A DNA stretch of 63,907 nucleotides, the filler included, from Folioceros fuciformis (taxonomy: Eukaryota): assembly GCA_049999805.1 (NCBI GenBank). It is 9 parts of 9 records of this genome, joined end to end, with 100 filler letters (N's around TTAATTAATTAA, not from the genome) between each part and the next. Parts side by side here need not be neighbours in the genome. Positions count along the whole stretch, not along the records: positions 62,536 to 63,907 come from JBNGIO010002160.1; 8 more parts are not named here. The stretch is one strand, 5' to 3'. The notes beneath the pieces are model-generated. The model worked only from the letters and a program-made list of their open reading frames with translations, had not been told where the DNA came from and did not search any database. Positions 63,392 to 63,907 of the stretch are shown here, piece by piece. The first letter of the stretch is position 1. Each line of letters starts with the position of its first letter. Position numbers and translations under genes: made by a program.

Positions 63392-63907
63392 CCTGTTCGT
63401 CCTTCGTCCACAATCTCGGCAACCATTTGCCAACCGAATCCGTCCCGACGGTTGCCTCTACCGAGTAGTTTATTACAAAAGAAAGTGCTAAACGAAAGGT
63501 ACTTAAAAATGAATTTTCTGAATAAGGATTAGGAAATATTTTTTAAATAAAGACAAAGAAGCATTTCTTGAAGGGACAAGCCAAGTCAAGCCTATAAGGA
63601 AAGGGGCAAGTCAAAGATCAATAACATAGAAGGCTTACGAGCTTATAAAGGCCTAGCCCACTCAAGGGTAGTGCATACTTTGTGTAGGCTTGTGTGCCAT
63701 CTTGTTGTACAAGTGTGCCCAGCACACTTATGTCCCATATTGTGTAGGAACATTGTATGACTTCTTTATAAAGGCCTAGATCCTTAATTCCCTAACATGG
63801 TATTAGAGTTATGGGTCCTGTCCTTTGGGTTTGAATTGTTGGCGTATGTTACTTCCCTTCAGGGCGGCAATCCATATGCTTGGAGGTCCTCCAGGGCGGC
63901 AATCCAT

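Noticed and set aside
62480-63468. Long overlapping or antisense ORFs (317 aa and 223 aa) over the P450
   Set aside because: Expected shadow ORFs of GC-rich coding sequence, with no domain signal.

Overview
Eukaryotic land-plant nuclear DNA. Gene density and short (~80-110 nt) introns suggest a compact non-seed-plant genome such as a hornwort or lycophyte (inference). The window is not one locus: nine unlinked contigs are joined by identical artificial N44-TTAATTAATTAA-N44 spacers. Host genes: EDR2-like (PH-START-DUF1336), tRNA-Pro(UGG), intronless SDS22/PPP1R7, ubiquitin-RPS27a, a group-C bZIP, a chloroplast DnaJ-ferredoxin protein, UTP12/WDR3, intronless BCCIP, TOP2 (5'-truncated), SR45 (3' part) and a clan-71 P450 (3' part). 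Mobile DNA: one complete but degenerate Ty1/copia with non-canonical TG...GA LTRs and a 5-bp TSD, two partial copias, one partial Ty3/gypsy, and a MULE/SWIM pseudogene. The most unusual items are: (i) a 148-bp fold-back insertion with 53-bp TIRs, TGT...ACA ends and a 5-bp TSD that splits the MULE frame; (ii) an intact intronless group-D MAPK-like ORF lacking both TxY and the RD motif, inside a rearranged block with an ABC1-kinase gene fragment; (iii) a 2.1-kb compound repeat array with conserved-core/variable-linker units. No CRISPR or other prokaryote-type system is supported. All alignments and counts were done by eye.
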